DNA of 64,000 bases, taken from positions 48,020-112,019 of the forward strand of contig NIVC01003200.1 of assembly GCA_002269645.1 (NCBI GenBank), read 5' to 3'. How positions within the stretch are numbered: position 1 is the stretch's first letter; each line of letters begins with the position of its first letter. The notes under the pieces were generated by a model. The model was given only the letters and a program-made list of their open reading frames with translations. It ran no database searches and was not told the origin of the DNA. The DNA is from Macrostomum lignano (taxonomy: Eukaryota). Below, piece by piece: positions 12,701-25,924 of the stretch. The position numbers were made by a program, and so were the translations under genes.

Positions 12701-13018
12701 TATTCTATTTCAGTTTTCTTCACAATCTGTTGCGGACTTTTTTCTATTCATTGAGCACATACTTAAATAATGTACTTTTAGAAATATGTATTAAGTTTTT
12801 TGTCCCTCGATTAAGTTAGACTCTTCAATTAATAAGGACAAAATAAAAGAACAAACAGTGAGTAATTTTTATCTCTTGTAATTTAAGTTTATTAGAGTTT
12901 TAAATAACTTTTAAACAGTTCTAATACTGTGTCTAACAAAAAAATAATAATGTTATAAAATATGGTATAATAAAATGTCTTACAAAAATAAATTTATTTT
13001 TGTCTAAAAAGTATTATA

Positions 13019-13758
13019 GTAATATAGCATTTTGCAGCCCATTTGGGCTTACGCGCATTTAGCTTAATCCAAGATATGTTTGCCAATGTAACAGAGCTTT
13101 TGTCTATGGTAGCAAGGGTGGTGCAGCGGCATTTAATTTGGTCCAACAAGCATCCATTTGGTCCAAACACTCGTGAGCCATTGGACAAACTCTTGCCTTC
13201 TCTCAACCATCTGGTATCTGCAGGTTGTTGTGCATTGCTGGAATGTCAGCATCTCTATCAAAAGTTTTCAGTTGCTTTTTCCAGTGCTCTGCTGATAGTC
13301 GAAATCTGATAACCAACTGGAACTGTTCTCTCAACTTATGCTGCATTTTCTGCAACATCAAAAAAGGATTTGTCTCAACTGCATTGAGTAGCAGTTGGAC
13401 CTGAGACTCTCAAGTGACTTGCAATCTTTGCCATCAGAGTTTTAACACGCTGCTAGATGCTGTAAACCACCTTTTCTTTTACATTCAGCAACCTTGCAAT
13501 GTCTTTTGGGTGTTCACCTCCATTAAGTGCTTCAATCACAAGCCAATGACATTCGTTCAACAGCCTAGCATATGGTCCACAATTCTGGGACTGAGCTGCA
13601 AATGAACTAAATGGACCAAATTGATGCTTGTTGGACCGGATTGAATGCCGCTATGCCAGCCTTGCTACCATAAACAAAAGCTCTATTACAGTGGCAAACA
13701 TATCTTGGATTAAATTTGATCTGCATAAGCCCAAATGGGCTGCAAAAAGCTATGTTAC
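13019..13758. mobile_element. Non-autonomous TIR/foldback element with about 145-nt inverted termini
   Basis: 13019-13165 (GCAGCCCATTTGGGCTTA..TTAATCCAAGATATGTTTGCCA..GAGCTTTTGT.TATGGTAGCAAGG) is the reverse complement of 13610-13758; no clear TSD. Confidence 0.75.
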
Positions 13759-14332
13759 ATATATTACATTTTACGTTTATATAATTAATATAGATTAATT
13801 TATATAATTAATATTACATTTGTGTTAAATGGAATACATAGGTGACCTAATGACCATCTGCTGGAAAAATTCTTATGTGCACATTATAATCAATAAAGAA
13901 TTTGGTATTGAGAATTTTTGTATATAAAATAAAAATTTGTGTTTGTAATTTTTGAATTTGAAAATTGTATTATATAAATAAAAGGCAAAATTTTAGGTAT
14001 AGGCCTATCCTAATTATGCCAAAATGGGAAATGTGACTTTGTCATATAGCCATAGGCCTATACCAAAATTTCAAAATTTTTACATTTTTACATTTTTATT
14101 ATTTTTTTATATTGTAACAATCAAAATCAAGCCTGACCTTTTTGCATTGATACATTTGATATTTATATCCACATTATAACAAAATAAGTGTTGCATTTTT
14201 TTCTCTTTTGGCTTTATAACAACTTATAATTTCACTAAATTATGATATCTAAATTCTTTAAAATAGTACTATCATATTCAATAATATTTTTTTTTGTTTT
14301 TATTTCTATTATCTTTTTACTACTATCTTTTT

Positions 14333-14939
14333 GGTGTAAGACCAAGATGGCCACACACCAAGATAGCCACAACATTGAATATCTTTGGCTCTGCTATCTT
14401 TTTATCATTGATTAGCAATATAGTAGCTATTGTTATATTAATTATTATGTTTAATCAATCATATTCATAAATACTAATGCAATAATAGATTTGAAACTAA
14501 TTACCTATAATACAAAAACTTTAATCTTTTTCAGTGTTTATGCCAATTTATTCCCTATTATTACATCTATCAAATCTATCACTATCTATTTATTAAGAAA
14601 CCATTGCTATTAGTAGTAATGCTATACAAAAATTAAGATAAATATGCAACAAGGCAAGGTATTTATTTTGTGCTAGGCCTAGGCTACTTGCTTGATATAG
14701 TGAATAAATATCTATAGGTCAAGCTATAATAAAAGCTAAAGCTAAAGGAATGACTATATAATATAAGGGCCTAATATAATACAATTCCAATATAGCATCT
14801 TTTTAAATAAAATAAGTGAAATGAGTGAATAAGTGAATATATTTTTATAAGTGAAATATATAGACCTAGGCTTATTATTATCTATTTAGACACTTAGAGC
14901 TGTGGCTATCTTGGTTTGTGGCCATCTTGGTTATGCATC
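14333..14939. mobile_element. MITE with GG-initiated TIRs and 8-bp TSD
   Basis: TIR ACCAAGATGGCCACA.ACCAAGATAGCCACA at both ends; perfect flanking duplication ATCTTTTT (14325-14332 and 14940-14947). Confidence 0.85.
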
Positions 14940-15464
14940 ATCTTTTTATCAAAATGTTCTGACTTTTGTTTGTTGCAAAAAGGAAGATGCACCAATTTTG
15001 AAATAGCTCTTGTTTTTTGTAAATATTTAAATTGAGGCTTATATATTTATATGTTATATAAAAAAAATATATTAATTTATATAATTAAGAATTAAGGAAT
15101 ATTTGGTTTTATATAAAATTACTATAAATAGGATTTATTAGGCAAAAAATTAATAGATATAACACATTGAGAACCAAATTAAAGAGCATATTTATGCTAG
15201 GATTTTTTTAAATATAAGCTTTTGGGAAATGGCATAATTTGATGTATATATATGCATCATTCTATTTGCTATACCATAATCAAAATAGCTAGTATAAATT
15301 AAGATACATATCAAGCCTATTTAAGTCCATATCAATATGAAATCTATATTCATTATAGATGATCAAAGACTATAATACCGATATTAGAACATTAATCAAG
15401 AAAGAAAAAATTGTCCTAATATTGGTTATAACATTAAAAATAACAATCCTATATACTAAAAATG

Positions 15465-15600
15465 GTCTGTCTGTGTCTATGTGATCAATTAGAGAAAAAA
15501 TGGCTGGACCGATTTTGTTCGAACTTGCACTGTTCGATCAGAAATTTTCCCGTGACTGTACATGCATTGTGGCTAAGAAATTGCTCGATGCTAAAGGCAT
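15465..15600 (+). mobile_element. Possible Helentron/DINE-1-like (HINE) fragment
   Basis: Short CTGT microsatellite followed by AAAAAATGGCTGGACCGATTTTGTTCGAACTT, an arrangement typical of DINE-1-like elements; recognition from memory only. Confidence 0.4.
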
Positions 15601-16109
15601 TAAATATTCGAAAAACATGATTTTTTGCAAAGGTCAAGCAAACTTTTTGACTTGAAATGCATTGTAAGAATGCTAGCAGAAAAACTGACTGGTTGAATTC
15701 TGATTCTGAAATAGATTGCATCACAATATACTTTATTTATCGTCTGTGTACTGGCTGAATTTGACACTCAATTGAATTGCGTCACAGCTTTGAGTGTGAA
15801 AGCATAGCGCAGTACTGAATTTATATTACGTAACCATATTGTTAACTTTCATAGACACTGGTACTGACTTGCCTAAGAAATTGATTATGTCATAACTGCT
15901 TCGTGAGACTTTTTACTCTACCTGACTTGGTGTGAGTGTTGAATTATATAAGTGGTACAACATCACTGATAACTTCGATGAGAGCTAGCCTAGAGCTGAA
16001 CAGACCAGACTGCTAATGCAGCGACCTAGGTTCGAATCTAAGTAGTTTAAAAGTAGTAGTGTAAATTTTTTTATTAAAAGGTTTTATTAAAGGACTAAAT
16101 AAAAACACT

Positions 16110-17200
16110 TAGATTACTGCACTTGATAAGCCAAGGATTATTGCTATTAATAAACCAAGGACTACTGCACTTGATAAACCAAGGACTATTGCTCTTGGCA
16201 AACCAAGGATTACTGCACTCAAGAAGCCAAGGATTATTGCTATTAATAAACCAAGGATTACTGCACTTGGAAAACCAAGGATTACTGCACTCGATAAACC
16301 AAGGACTATTGCTCTTGGCAAACCAAGGATTACTGCACTCAAGAAGCCAAGGATTATTGCACTTGGAAAACCAAGGATTACTGCACTCGATAAACCAAGG
16401 ACTATTGCTCTTGGCAAACCAAGGATTACTGCACTCAAGAAGCCAAGGATTATTGCACTTGGAAAACCAAGGATTACTGCACTTGATAGGCCAAGGATTA
16501 CTGCACTTGATAAACCAAGGATTATTGCACTTGATAGGCCAAAGATTACTGCGCTTGATAAACCAAGGATTATTGCACTTGATAAACCAAGGATTATTGC
16601 ACTTGATAAGCCAAGGATTACTGCGCTTGATAAACCAAGGATTATTTCACTTGATAAACCAAGGATTACTGCACTTGATAAACCAAGGATTATTTCACTT
16701 GATAAACCAAGGATTATTGCACTTGATAAACAAATATTGCACTTGATAAACCAAGGATTATTGCACTTGATAAGCCAAGGATTACTGCGCTAGATAAACC
16801 AAGGATTATTGCACTTGATAAACCAAGGATTATTGCACTTGATAAACAAAGGATTATTGCACTTGATAAACCAAGGATTATTGCACTTGATAAACCAAGG
16901 ATTATTGCACTTGATAAGCCAAGGATTACAGCGCTTGATAAGCCATGGATTATTGCACTTGATAGTAAAGAATGTTGCACTTGATAAGCCAAGGATTAAT
17001 GCACTGGATTATTCAAGGATTATTGCTATTAATAAACCAAGGACTACTGCACTCGATAAACCAAGGATTATTGCTCTTAATAAACCAAGGATTACTGCAC
17101 TTGGAAAACTAAGGATAACTGCACTTGATAAACCAAGGATTATTGCTATTAATAAACCAAGGATTATTGCACTAGCTGAGAAGCTGATTACTGCGCTGTC
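16110..17200. repeat. 24-nt minisatellite (GCACTTGATAAACCAAGGATTATT)
   Basis: Tandem periodicity; the LHLINQGL ORFs are its translation. Confidence 0.95.
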
Positions 17201-17309
17201 TAAAAAAGAGATTATTGCGCTCGCTGAGACGTGGATTGTTGCACAACCTGAGAAAGCGATTATTGCATTAGCGGAAGTAACATTTGCACTAGCTACTTGC
17301 TGTCTCGTT

Positions 17310-17600
17310 GATGCTTGCTCTCGAGGGGGGATACTTGCTATTTGGGAGAGGGGGTACTGGCTACATGCATGGGATTCTTTCTATCCAGGGATGCTTGCTA
17401 TTTAGGGATTCTTGCTATCTGCAGGATGCTTGCTATCTTGGTGGATGCTTCTATAATATCTGGGGGGTGCTTGCTATCTGCAGGATGCTTCTATAATATC
17501 TGGGGGGTGCTTGCTATCTGCAGGATGCTTGCTATCTGTGGTGATTCTTGCTATGAGCATTAGAGGATGCTTGCTATCTGCGATTGTTCTCTTTTGGAGG
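17310..17600. repeat. Degenerate repeat built on GATGCTTGCTATCT
   Basis: Motif recurs about 8 times with variable spacers. Confidence 0.7.
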
Positions 17601-18568
17601 GGGTTGCTTGCTGTCTTGGGAATATTTTCTATTTAGGGAAACAATATTTTGTTGACTGTTTGTTAATTTTAGAGAAAAAGTGATTTTTTAATTTTGCAAA
17701 CATCTTAGTCCGTGACAATTTTACACAAATAAGGTGATTCTTAAAATGTGAAGAAGGAATTAGTGTTTAAGAAAATGTGTTTTTTTATTGTTTTCCATGA
17801 ACTATTTTTGCTCCTTTCTTATTGGGTGCCCCGAAGGGGGGCCGCACTAGATTGCTAGTACAGTCACTATAATTTAGCAATTGTTACTGCTCAAATAATT
17901 TTTAAATATAAACTTATTTTATAAATAAAATGATTTGGAGCATTTTTGATTTGTTCATTTAGTATATTGAGATTTGCTAAGTACCTAGACTGTATGCTTA
18001 GTATATATATATTTATAGACTTTAATACCTATATACTCTATACATAATCAATGTATTCTATGATATTATATAGTTTTTTTTATTCTAGCATATATGCAGC
18101 ATGATCTAGAGTACAACCAACAAGCATATAAAGTTGGAAGTAATAAAAAATTCTATTATATATATATACTCTAAATTTTTAACAATGGCTTAATACTATA
18201 AATTAGATTTATTGAATATAGCCTAATATTCAATTAATCCTTAATAGGTTACTCTTCTAGCCATTAGCAAAGAAAAACTGGAAACAATGCTACTTAAGTA
18301 AATTAATTTTTGTTATTAAACTCAGCTATCTTTCATTAATAATAATGGTCAAATTCTAGTGTGAATAACTAGGAGAAAAAAGTGGCCATGATTTTTTGGC
18401 AGAAATAGAAAAATAGCAAAATGAGATATGTTGACTTTTTGCCAAAGTATAGGCCTGTTTTCTCTAACTCCATTTGAGTCTTTACCTCCTAGAATCTACA
18501 CTTCTTTAGCAAGTTTCTAGTTGTGCCACTGACTAATTTTATGTTTTTTTTAAACTCCAAGAAGATAA

Positions 18569-19520
<952 letters not shown>

Positions 19521-19651
19521 AGTTAATTTATCAAGCACTGATGCGAATCGAAAACTCGAATTGATAAATTCCCACTCCACCCCGCCATCCGCGCACAGCG
19601 GCAGACCCGGACAGAGCCTACGTGTCGTCGGTGATCTCGTCAATCCGGCAG

Positions 19652-20014
19652 ATGATGAGCTTCGCCAACGCCATGGAGAATCTCATGCCCGCTGCAGGTG
19701 CCGGCAGCGTTGGCGGAGCCGCAGCCGCCGCCGCTCCCGGATCCGCGGCCGCCACCTACCGGGCCTACCTTGGCCCAATGGCCGCTCGCTCGCCTCTGGC
19801 AGCCGCCCTTGCCGCCGCCACGGCCGCCGCCGCTGCCAACTCGTCTTCGTCGAGTTCTGGCGCGAGCAGCTCAGCTACAGGCGGCAGATTGGCGGCGGCA
19901 GCGGCTGTCACGGAGGACGGGCGGGAGTGGCTGAACTCGCTGACTGATAAGCGCCTGTTGAATGGCGGCGACAGAGAGCTGCACGACTTGGTGCTGCAGT
20001 ATCTGATCAGCCAG
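19652..20014 (+). CDS. GID8: GID8/TWA1 (CTLH E3 ligase subunit) exon 1: Ala/Ser-rich extension plus start of LisH
   Basis: First in-frame ATG at 19652 (acceptor gcacAG at 19597-19598 upstream, so an earlier exon is possible). Ends ELHDLVLQYLISQ|GTGTGC; joins phase 0 to GHLEAAEAFRQE to give the LisH motif. Confidence 0.8.
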
Positions 20015-20944
20015 GTGTGCAAATCACAGCCTATAAAACTTGATAATTCGCCTTCTTTTATGCCTATTGGTATCGGGCGTGTCCTGCGGTTTAGGCTAAC
20101 TGGTTTTATAGTTTGGATTTTCTAGTGGATTTGAGATTGGTAGATTCGCTGCCACCAGGCTTCCTGTTTCCCTAATCCTAGTAGTTAGAGATAAAGGAGT
20201 GACACAGGAAAACCAATAATTAACAAAATTTATTACTTCAAAAAGAGAATAAAGAACTGAGCATGCAATGGTTACTTTGTTACTTTTACTTAGTTTAATT
20301 GTGCGAGAAATTTAGGCATTGACAACCTTGGTGCACTGTCTCGGCATCGACTACCTTAACAGTTTTTCACACTTCCCTAAACTTTCCCTGCCTCTTACCT
20401 GATTAAATGTTCTGAGTTAGCAAACGGGATCACAAACGGATGCTTTCCCAAGAGCCTAACTGCTCTGTATATATAGAGAATCCCCAAAATTAGCAATTTA
20501 CCCCGGCTCTAATTACTTCCCCTAACTAAAACTACTGACAGTAGTCAAAAAGCACATCTATCCCGCTACTAAGTCTCCCCTTAAATTAATGCCCTACTAC
20601 ACTATTGTAACCAAGCTATTAATGCCGTCAAAGACAATCGTCCGAAACACGAGACACTGATAAAAGCGAGTCAAACTTAAACAGAAAGACCGGAAACTTC
20701 GTTTCTTAGAAACTATTTGAAGGTTGCTTTGCGCCTTTTAAAGTACACAGTACCGAAATAGAAATATTTCATACTTTCTGTGCTTTAAAATCAAAGTAGA
20801 TGAATAGGCAAATCATATATTAAAAATTGATGTGCTTCCAATAGAAAACTTTCGATTGTTTGTAAAGTTTTAAAGCTAGCCTTTCAAAATTATGTTCCCA
20901 AGAAGCCCGAGTCGTCCTCACTATAAATTGGTCATCCTGGCGCA

Positions 20945-21120
20945 ACACCGGCGACATCGTCGCACTACCAGCGCTGACGGCAATTCTGACCCATTCCGCT
21001 GACTCCTGAACGCATTCAAGCGCGCCAATCTGTACGCAGGCTTGCAGGGTGTACAGCGGAGCTGACTTTCCAATCGTCAGGCATGTACACTCTCTGTGCC
21101 TCGGGGAGGTTGGCCCTCAT
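20945..21120 (-). mobile_element. Headless fragment of the second SINE family 3' domain
   Basis: Reverse complement matches the 3' parts of 50865-51060 and 57170-57285 by eye. Confidence 0.7.
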
Positions 21121-21123
21121 GAA

Positions 21124-21550
21124 TACAGATACTAGAATAACCAGATGGGCCACTCAGCACATTTGCGTGTAAGCTACTTTTAGTTCAGTAGTAAGTTAAA
21201 CAAGAGCATTTTAATGTATTCTTAAAGCCGAGGCTCATTTATTGGCTCTTGCCTCTTACCCCCCACCCCAGCTTAAACCCTCTAACCGCGCCTTTCCACA
21301 CTACCCCCCGCCCCGCCCTAGTTTTTATTGCCATGTACATTACAGAGGACTGGCTATTGCTGAACCAATTAGCAAGTTGTTTACGCCTGCAAGCTTGGCT
21401 TCTAAACTTATCAAAGTCATTTCAGTTGCCTTTATTTTTATAAAATAGCTTATGTATTCTTCTTTGCTACTGAACTGAAAGTAGAAAGCTGTTTTGCTAA
21501 GTACGAGTATATATGCCTGAGTGGCCCATCCAGTTATTTTAGTATCTGTG
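21124..21550 (+). mobile_element. MITE copy 1 (hAT/P-like, 8-bp TSD) in GID8 intron 1
   Basis: TIR YACAGATACTA..GATGGGCCACTCAG at both ends; flanks CTCATGAA / CTCATGAT. Confidence 0.85.
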
Positions 21551-21691
21551 CTCATGATTGTGAATCTTGTGACAACCAATGACAAACAATGGTCGTGGCG
21601 CGAGAGTCAGATGCCCCATTTCTAATCATACTACTCACAATTTTAAGATTTGTAAGTAGCAAGCAGCAAATTTTATTGCCTATTATTGCAG

Positions 21692-22106
21692 GGTCACCTG
21701 GAGGCGGCCGAGGCATTCCGCCAAGAGGCCGCCGAACGCCTGCAACTTTTGCCGCCTCTTGACGGTCCACTGATCGAATCAGCAGCAGCCAATTCGGACG
21801 CGGCCGAGCTCGACCAGTTCCGGGTCAGCCTGCGCGAAGCAGTGCAGTCCGGCCGGCCGGCAGACGCTTTGAACGAACTGGCGGCGGCTAGGCCCGGCCT
21901 GCTGGCTGCCCGGCCTGAGCTGGCCTTCCGGCTCCGTCTGCAGCAGCTGCTGGAGCTGGTGCGGGCCGGTTGCGTTGCCGAGGCGTTGGAACTGTCTCAG
22001 GTTGAGCTGGCGCCTCTGGTGGCCGATAGGCCGCACCTGTTGCCAGATCTAGAAGAGTGCATGGCTCTGCTGGCGTTTGAACGGCCAATGCAATCGGCCG
22101 CTTTTG
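21692..22106 (+). CDS. GID8: GID8/TWA1 exon 2: LisH end, CTLH and CRA start
   Basis: ttgcAG|GHLEAAEAFRQEA...LREAVQSGRPADAL...LAFRLRLQQLLELVR...LEECMALLAFERP, collinear with known GID8; donor GTAAGC at 22107. Confidence 0.9.
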
Positions 22107-22214
22107 GTAAGCAATGAGTAATTTTTCAAACTCTAACATTCGGATCCCTCATTTTGCAATCGGATTTCCTGTCATCAGTTGCCTTAATTGTCCTTTTACA
22201 CCCAAAACCTTAGC

Positions 22215-23040
22215 ATTAGAATTTCCCCCAGTTTATTATCTCCCAGAATTTCCCCCAGTTTATTATCTCCCATAATTTCCCTCAGTTTATCATCTCCCAT
22301 AATTTCCCCCAGTTTATTATGTCCCAGAATTTCCCCCAGTTTATCATCTCCCATAATTTCCCCCAGTTTATCATCTCCCATAATTTCCCCCAGTTTATCA
22401 TCTCCCATAATTTCCCCCAGTTTATTATGTCCCAGAATTTCCCCCAGTTTATTATGTCCCAGAATTTCCCTCAGTTTATTATCTCCCATAATTTCCCCAA
22501 GTTTATCATCTCCCATAATTTCCCCCAGTTTATCATCTCCCATAATTTCCCCCAGTTTATTATGTCCCAGAATTTCCCCCAGTTTATTATGTCCCAGAAT
22601 TTCCCTCAGTTTATTATCTCCCATAATTTCCCCAAGTTTATTATCTCCCATAATTTCCCCCAGTTTATTATGTCCCAGAATTTCCCTCAGTTTATTATCT
22701 CCCATAATTTCCCCAAGTTTATTATCTCCCATAATTTCCCTCAGTTTATTATCTCCCATAATTTCCCCCAGTTTATCATCTCCCATAATTTCCCCCAGTT
22801 TATTATGTCCCAGAATTCCGCCAGTTTATTATCTCTCAGAATTCCATCAGTTTATCATCTCTCAGAATTCCGTCAGTTTATTATCTCCCACAATCCCCCT
22901 GTGTTTCATCTCCCAGAATTCTGTCAGTTTAGTGCTCGTATCTCCCCTAATTCTTCCCAGTCAATAATCTCCCAGAATTTTCCCAGTTTGATTTCTCCCA
23001 GAATTCACCCAGTTTATCACCCACAGTTCCCTTTAGTTTA
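22215..23040. repeat. 27-nt minisatellite (AATTTCCCCCAGTTTATYATCTCCCAT) in GID8 intron 2
   Basis: Tandem periodicity, about 30 units, degenerate at the 3' edge. Confidence 0.95.
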
Positions 23041-23298
23041 TCCTTCATAATCCACCCAGTTTATGCCCATAGTTCTCTCAGGTTATTTCCACAATCCCCC
23101 CGTTGAATCTATAGATTTTAGTTTTAGAATCGCAACTCTGTCACCCGAGTCGCCACAATTTTGTTGCTTTAAGAAATAATCTTACCTTGTTGGTCATTGT
23201 CACTTAGCGAGTCAAATTAGAGTCGCAGTACACGCGCACACCTGACTGGCCTACATCTGCTTGAGTATCTATATAAGTGCAGTGTTGCTTTATTCAAG

Positions 23299-23540
23299 GC
23301 TCCTGGCTGAGCATCGGGCAGCGCCGCCTGCTGGCCTGCGAGCTGAACGCGGCCCTGCTAGACGATGAGGCCAGTGACCAGCAAGCTACTGGTGTGGGCA
23401 ATGATGCTACTCATAGTAGTAAGCTAGACTATCTACTAAAGCTGGTGCTGTGGTCGCAGGATCAGCTGGCCACAGCTAAAGTGCGCGGATTTCCACGCCT
23501 ATCAGCCGATTCGCTTGGCGAGGCGGCTTTTCAGGACTGA
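23299..23540 (+). CDS. GID8: GID8/TWA1 exon 3: CRA domain to stop
   Basis: ttcAAG acceptor, phase 1. QRRLLACELNAALL...SKLDYLLKLVLWSQDQL...FPRL matches the GID8 C-terminus; TGA at 23538-23540. Confidence 0.9.
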
Positions 23541-23685
23541 TTCAAACTCAAAACTTTATTAGGACGGGAAAATTTCCTTTCTTGGAAAAAATCCTAGAAA
23601 GAGCGATAAAGCAAGTTTCCCGTCCTATTTAAATCGTCATTGTTTGTTTAGACAATTTTTTCCGAGTCGTTTTCTTATATTTAAC

Positions 23686-24139
23686 CACAGATACTAAAAT
23701 GACTGGATGGGCCATTCAGGCATATATACTTAGCAAAACAGCTTTCTACTTTCAGTTCAGTAGCAAAGAAGAATATATAAGCTATTTTATAAAAAAAGGC
23801 TTAAAATCCCAGGTTTAGAAGCCCAAGCTTTCAGGCGTAAACCATAGATCTTATATGATCTTTGCGTAAACAACTTGCTTTGGGTCAGCAATAATGTACA
23901 TTGGCCAGTCCACTGAAATGTACACGGCAGCTTAAGGCTGGAATTCCGAGAAAGGCAATAAAAATTGGGGCGGGGCAGCCGGTTGGAGGGAGGCTTTAAG
24001 CTTGGGGGCGGTTAAGAGCCAAAAAATGAGCTTTGGCTTTAAAATAAATTAAAATGCTGAAGTTTAACTTACTACTGAACTGAAAGTAGCCTACACGCAA
24101 ATGTGCTGAGTGGCCCATCTGGCTATTATAGTATATGTG
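23686..24139 (-). mobile_element. MITE copy 2, inverted relative to 21124-21550
   Basis: CACAGATAC...GTATATGTG termini; perfect 8-bp TSD TATTTAAC (23678-23685 and 24140-24147); body is the reverse complement of copy 1. Confidence 0.88.
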
Positions 24140-24621
24140 TATTTAACTGATATGAGCCTACTTAATAGTAGGCAGTTGCAGACATGGCTACGACTACGTG
24201 CGAGTAGATTTTCTTGAGCGAGGAGGATATTGTATAGTTTATTTATTTTTTATTATTAATTACATAAGGTACTAAATCAGTGGCTCTGTATCTAACTGTA
24301 CGAATAACCCTGTTCCATAAAACAACGTTTCTTTATGTTAAAACCACTCTGAAAGTTTCATTGAAATCCACGACGATTTATTTGTAATTTAATCAGAAGA
24401 TCAATTCCTGTACGAGTTAGCTCGTAAATCAACTGTGCCACTTGCACGCGGGCCTATTAAATACGCGTCGTACTTTCCAGCAGAAAGTAATTTAACAATC
24501 TTAAATTTGACCTATTAAATTATACTAGTGATACTTGCGCCACACTATATTGAATTGTGCTTTAAAATCGAAATACTAATCTACTGACTATGATTCTTTT
24601 TATTACTTTTTATTATTCTGA

Positions 24622-25230
24622 GGGAACTGATGCAGTGGACAATTGGGAGCTGATGCAATGGACAATTGGGAGCTGATGCAGTGGACAATGGGGAACTGAT
24701 GCAGTGGACAATGGGGAACTGATGCAGTGGACAATGGGGAACTGATGCAGTGGACAATGGACAATGGGGAACTGATGCAGTGGACAATTGGGAGCTGATG
24801 CAGTGGACAATGGGGAACTGATGCAGTGGACAATGGGGAACTGATGCAGTGGACAATGGACAATGGGGAACTGATGCAGTGGACAATTGGGAGCTGATGC
24901 AGTGGACAATGGGGAACTGATGCAGTGGACAATGGGGAACTGATGCAGTGGACAATGGGGAACTGATGCAGTGGACAATGGACAATGGGGAACTGATGCA
25001 GTGGACAATTGGGAGCTGATGCAGTGGACAATGGGGAACTGATGCAGTGGACAATGGGGAACTGATGCAGTGGACAATGGGGAACTGGTGCAGTGGACAA
25101 TGGGGAGCTGATGCAGTGGACAATGGGGAACTGGTGCAGTGGAAAATGGGGAACTGGTGCAGTGGACAATGGGAAGCTGATGCAGTGGACAATGGGGAAC
25201 TGATGCAGTGGACAATGGGGAACTGATGCA
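24622..25230. repeat. 23-nt minisatellite (GGGAACTGATGCAGTGGACAATG)
   Basis: Tandem periodicity. Confidence 0.95.
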
Positions 25231-25924
25231 TGAAACTGAAGGAAATGAGTGCAAGCAGTCCTGTCGAAAACAATTAGAACTCTGCACAGTCTAATTAGCA
25301 ATATTTTTAAATGGCTGATTTAAGCCGCACTGCAAACTGTTTTTATTCGACAGAATTTGTCACAGCAATCTGTTAAAAAGTTGCGAGCTTATAACGAAAC
25401 TAATCAAAATGATCAGAAAAAATAGTTAAAGAGAAAAAGTTGACCAGTTCATTTTAAAGCCGCGCGAGAAATCAAATTATCTGCCAATGTCGACCTACCG
25501 AATCTAACAATGTACATTTTTGCACATTCATCACTACTGGTACATGTTAAGCTGTTGCAAACAAAGTGCGCGCAACTATATAAAAATTGAACAATGCCCA
25601 AGGCGCTTTGAATTTCACTGGCGCGGTTCGCTAGCCCTGAAGCGAGGTCAATACCAGCAGTTAGTAATATAAAATGAAAACAAAAAATCCGTACTACAAC
25701 TGGGTGAATTAACTGGAAAATAAAGATAATAACAGAAAACCCCCCTTAAAAATAGGGAATGATAAGCAGTGCTCAGCTATCGTATTTAACAACATGAATA
25801 ATAAAAGCAGAAGATGTACTAAGCGAAAGCAACAAAAAAGAATTCTTTAAAAAGTCAAAAGAAAATTTAATTCGAACAAGCGGCCTGGTAGCGGACAGCG
25901 GATGACTAATTCCCAAAGCCCCCA

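Noticed and set aside
15990-16045. tRNA-like fragment (GGTTCGAATC B-box)
   Set aside because: No complete cloverleaf; at most a decayed SINE head.
16109-17405. Long repetitive ORFs (LHLINQGL…)
   Set aside because: Translations of a 24-nt minisatellite, open in several frames and on both strands; no splice or codon evidence.
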